From positions 2,165-66,164 of the forward strand of contig DASYLH010000016.1 of the NCBI GenBank assembly GCA_036009645.1: a stretch of DNA of 64,000 bases. Direction: 5' to 3'. The notes under the pieces are model-generated. The model did no database searches. It was given only the letters and a program-made list of their open reading frames with translations, and was not told the DNA's origin. Below are positions 63,416 through 64,000 of this stretch, one piece after another. Made by a program: the position numbers and the translations under genes. Each line of letters begins with the position of its first letter. The first letter of the stretch is position 1. The stretch is from Conexibacter sp. (GTDB taxonomy: Bacteria > Actinomycetota > Thermoleophilia > Solirubrobacterales > Solirubrobacteraceae).

Positions 63416-64000
63416 ATGAGAGGTTCTTCCCCCACCAGACGCGCGCTGCTTGCGTGCGTCGCGGCGCTCGGGCTGCTCGCAGCGAGCGGCGTCGGCGCGC
63501 AGGCGTCGACCGTCTCACTCAGATGCGCGGGCAGAGGCGCACGCAACAGAGACAGCGCCGGCACGGTGCTGTGCGCTGGCTCGACGAAGGGGCGCACGCT
63601 CGCGGGCATCGTGAAGGACGACGCGGGCAAGCCGGTCGCCGCCAGACTGAGCGTGACCTACAGCAGCTGGGATCCGTCGCCGGGCGGCGGTTACGCGATC
63701 CGAGCGCGCGCAACGCAGGTGATCGCCGCGAAGGGCGACGGGACGTTCACGGTCAAGGACAACCCCGCGACGAAGGAGTCGATCAGAGTCGACGTCGTGG
63801 CCGACGCGGCGCTTGGCGTCTCCGGCGGCGCGTTCGCGCAGGCGGAGATCTCGCGTCAGCTGATCGTCAGAATCGCCAAGCTCGGCGGCGGCGTCGTGCG
63901 CTTCACAGTGACGGGAACAAGACACCGTCCGCTGAAGGTCTACGTGCTCGACGAGAGCGGCTACCCGCTGTCGGGGATCAAGCCCAAGAACGTCGACGGG
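63416..64000 (+). CDS. Secreted hypothetical protein (runs off the window edge)
   Basis: Read manually from ATG 63416: MRGSSPTRRALLACVAALGLLAASGVGAQA..; open to the end of the window. Confidence 0.7.
   Translation, partial: MRGSSPTRRALLACVAALGLLAASGVGAQASTVSLRCAGRGARNRDSAGTVLCAGSTKGRTLAGIVKDDAGKPVAARLSVTYSSWDPSPGGGYAIRARATQVIAAKGDGTFTVKDNPATKESIRVDVVADAALGVSGGAFAQAEISRQLIVRIAKLGGGVVRFTVTGTRHRPLKVYVLDESGYPLSGIKPKNVDG

Noticed and set aside
1-64000. CRISPR array, rRNA, intact transposase or phage structural genes
   Set aside because: None seen; the only periodic repeats are the short operator-like arrays reported above.

Overview
High-GC bacterial chromosomal window; gene content and style suggest Actinomycetota, probably Solirubrobacterales/Conexibacter-like (inference, not searched). 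In order: an ECF42-type sigma/DGPF pair; a heme-uptake operon (two HtaA-domain proteins, FecCD-type ABC, HugZ-like protein) headed by three tandem DtxR-like palindromes; a CPA2 antiporter; a receiver-TrxB fusion with a cNMP histidine kinase; two XRE paralogues with a perfect LexA box and a divergent candidate sRNA; PadR plus DrrAB-type ABC; a MXKDX/L,D-transpeptidase/DipZ/two-component cluster; tRNA-Gly(TCC) and tRNA-Pro(GGG). An accessory region (~29.2-42.2 kb) carries a Streptomyces-type glycopeptide-resistance cluster (vanS, vanR, S11 D,D-carboxypeptidase, vanH, vanA, internally deleted vanX, murF), a 927-aa nucleoside phosphorylase-NACHT-helical-repeat candidate defence protein and a truncated GT4 gene. 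Then come a GAF kinase/NarL pair, a degenerate class II aldolase, a small polysaccharide locus, MFS/MarR, a frameshifted orphan XRE antitoxin, a ferritin-like/LDT operon ending in a membrane-anchored dead IS481-like integrase core, and an AAA_14/DUF4143 ATPase preceded by four exactly 22-bp-phased repeats. No CRISPR array, rRNA or intact transposase was seen. All family assignments come from motif recognition by eye; no database search was run.
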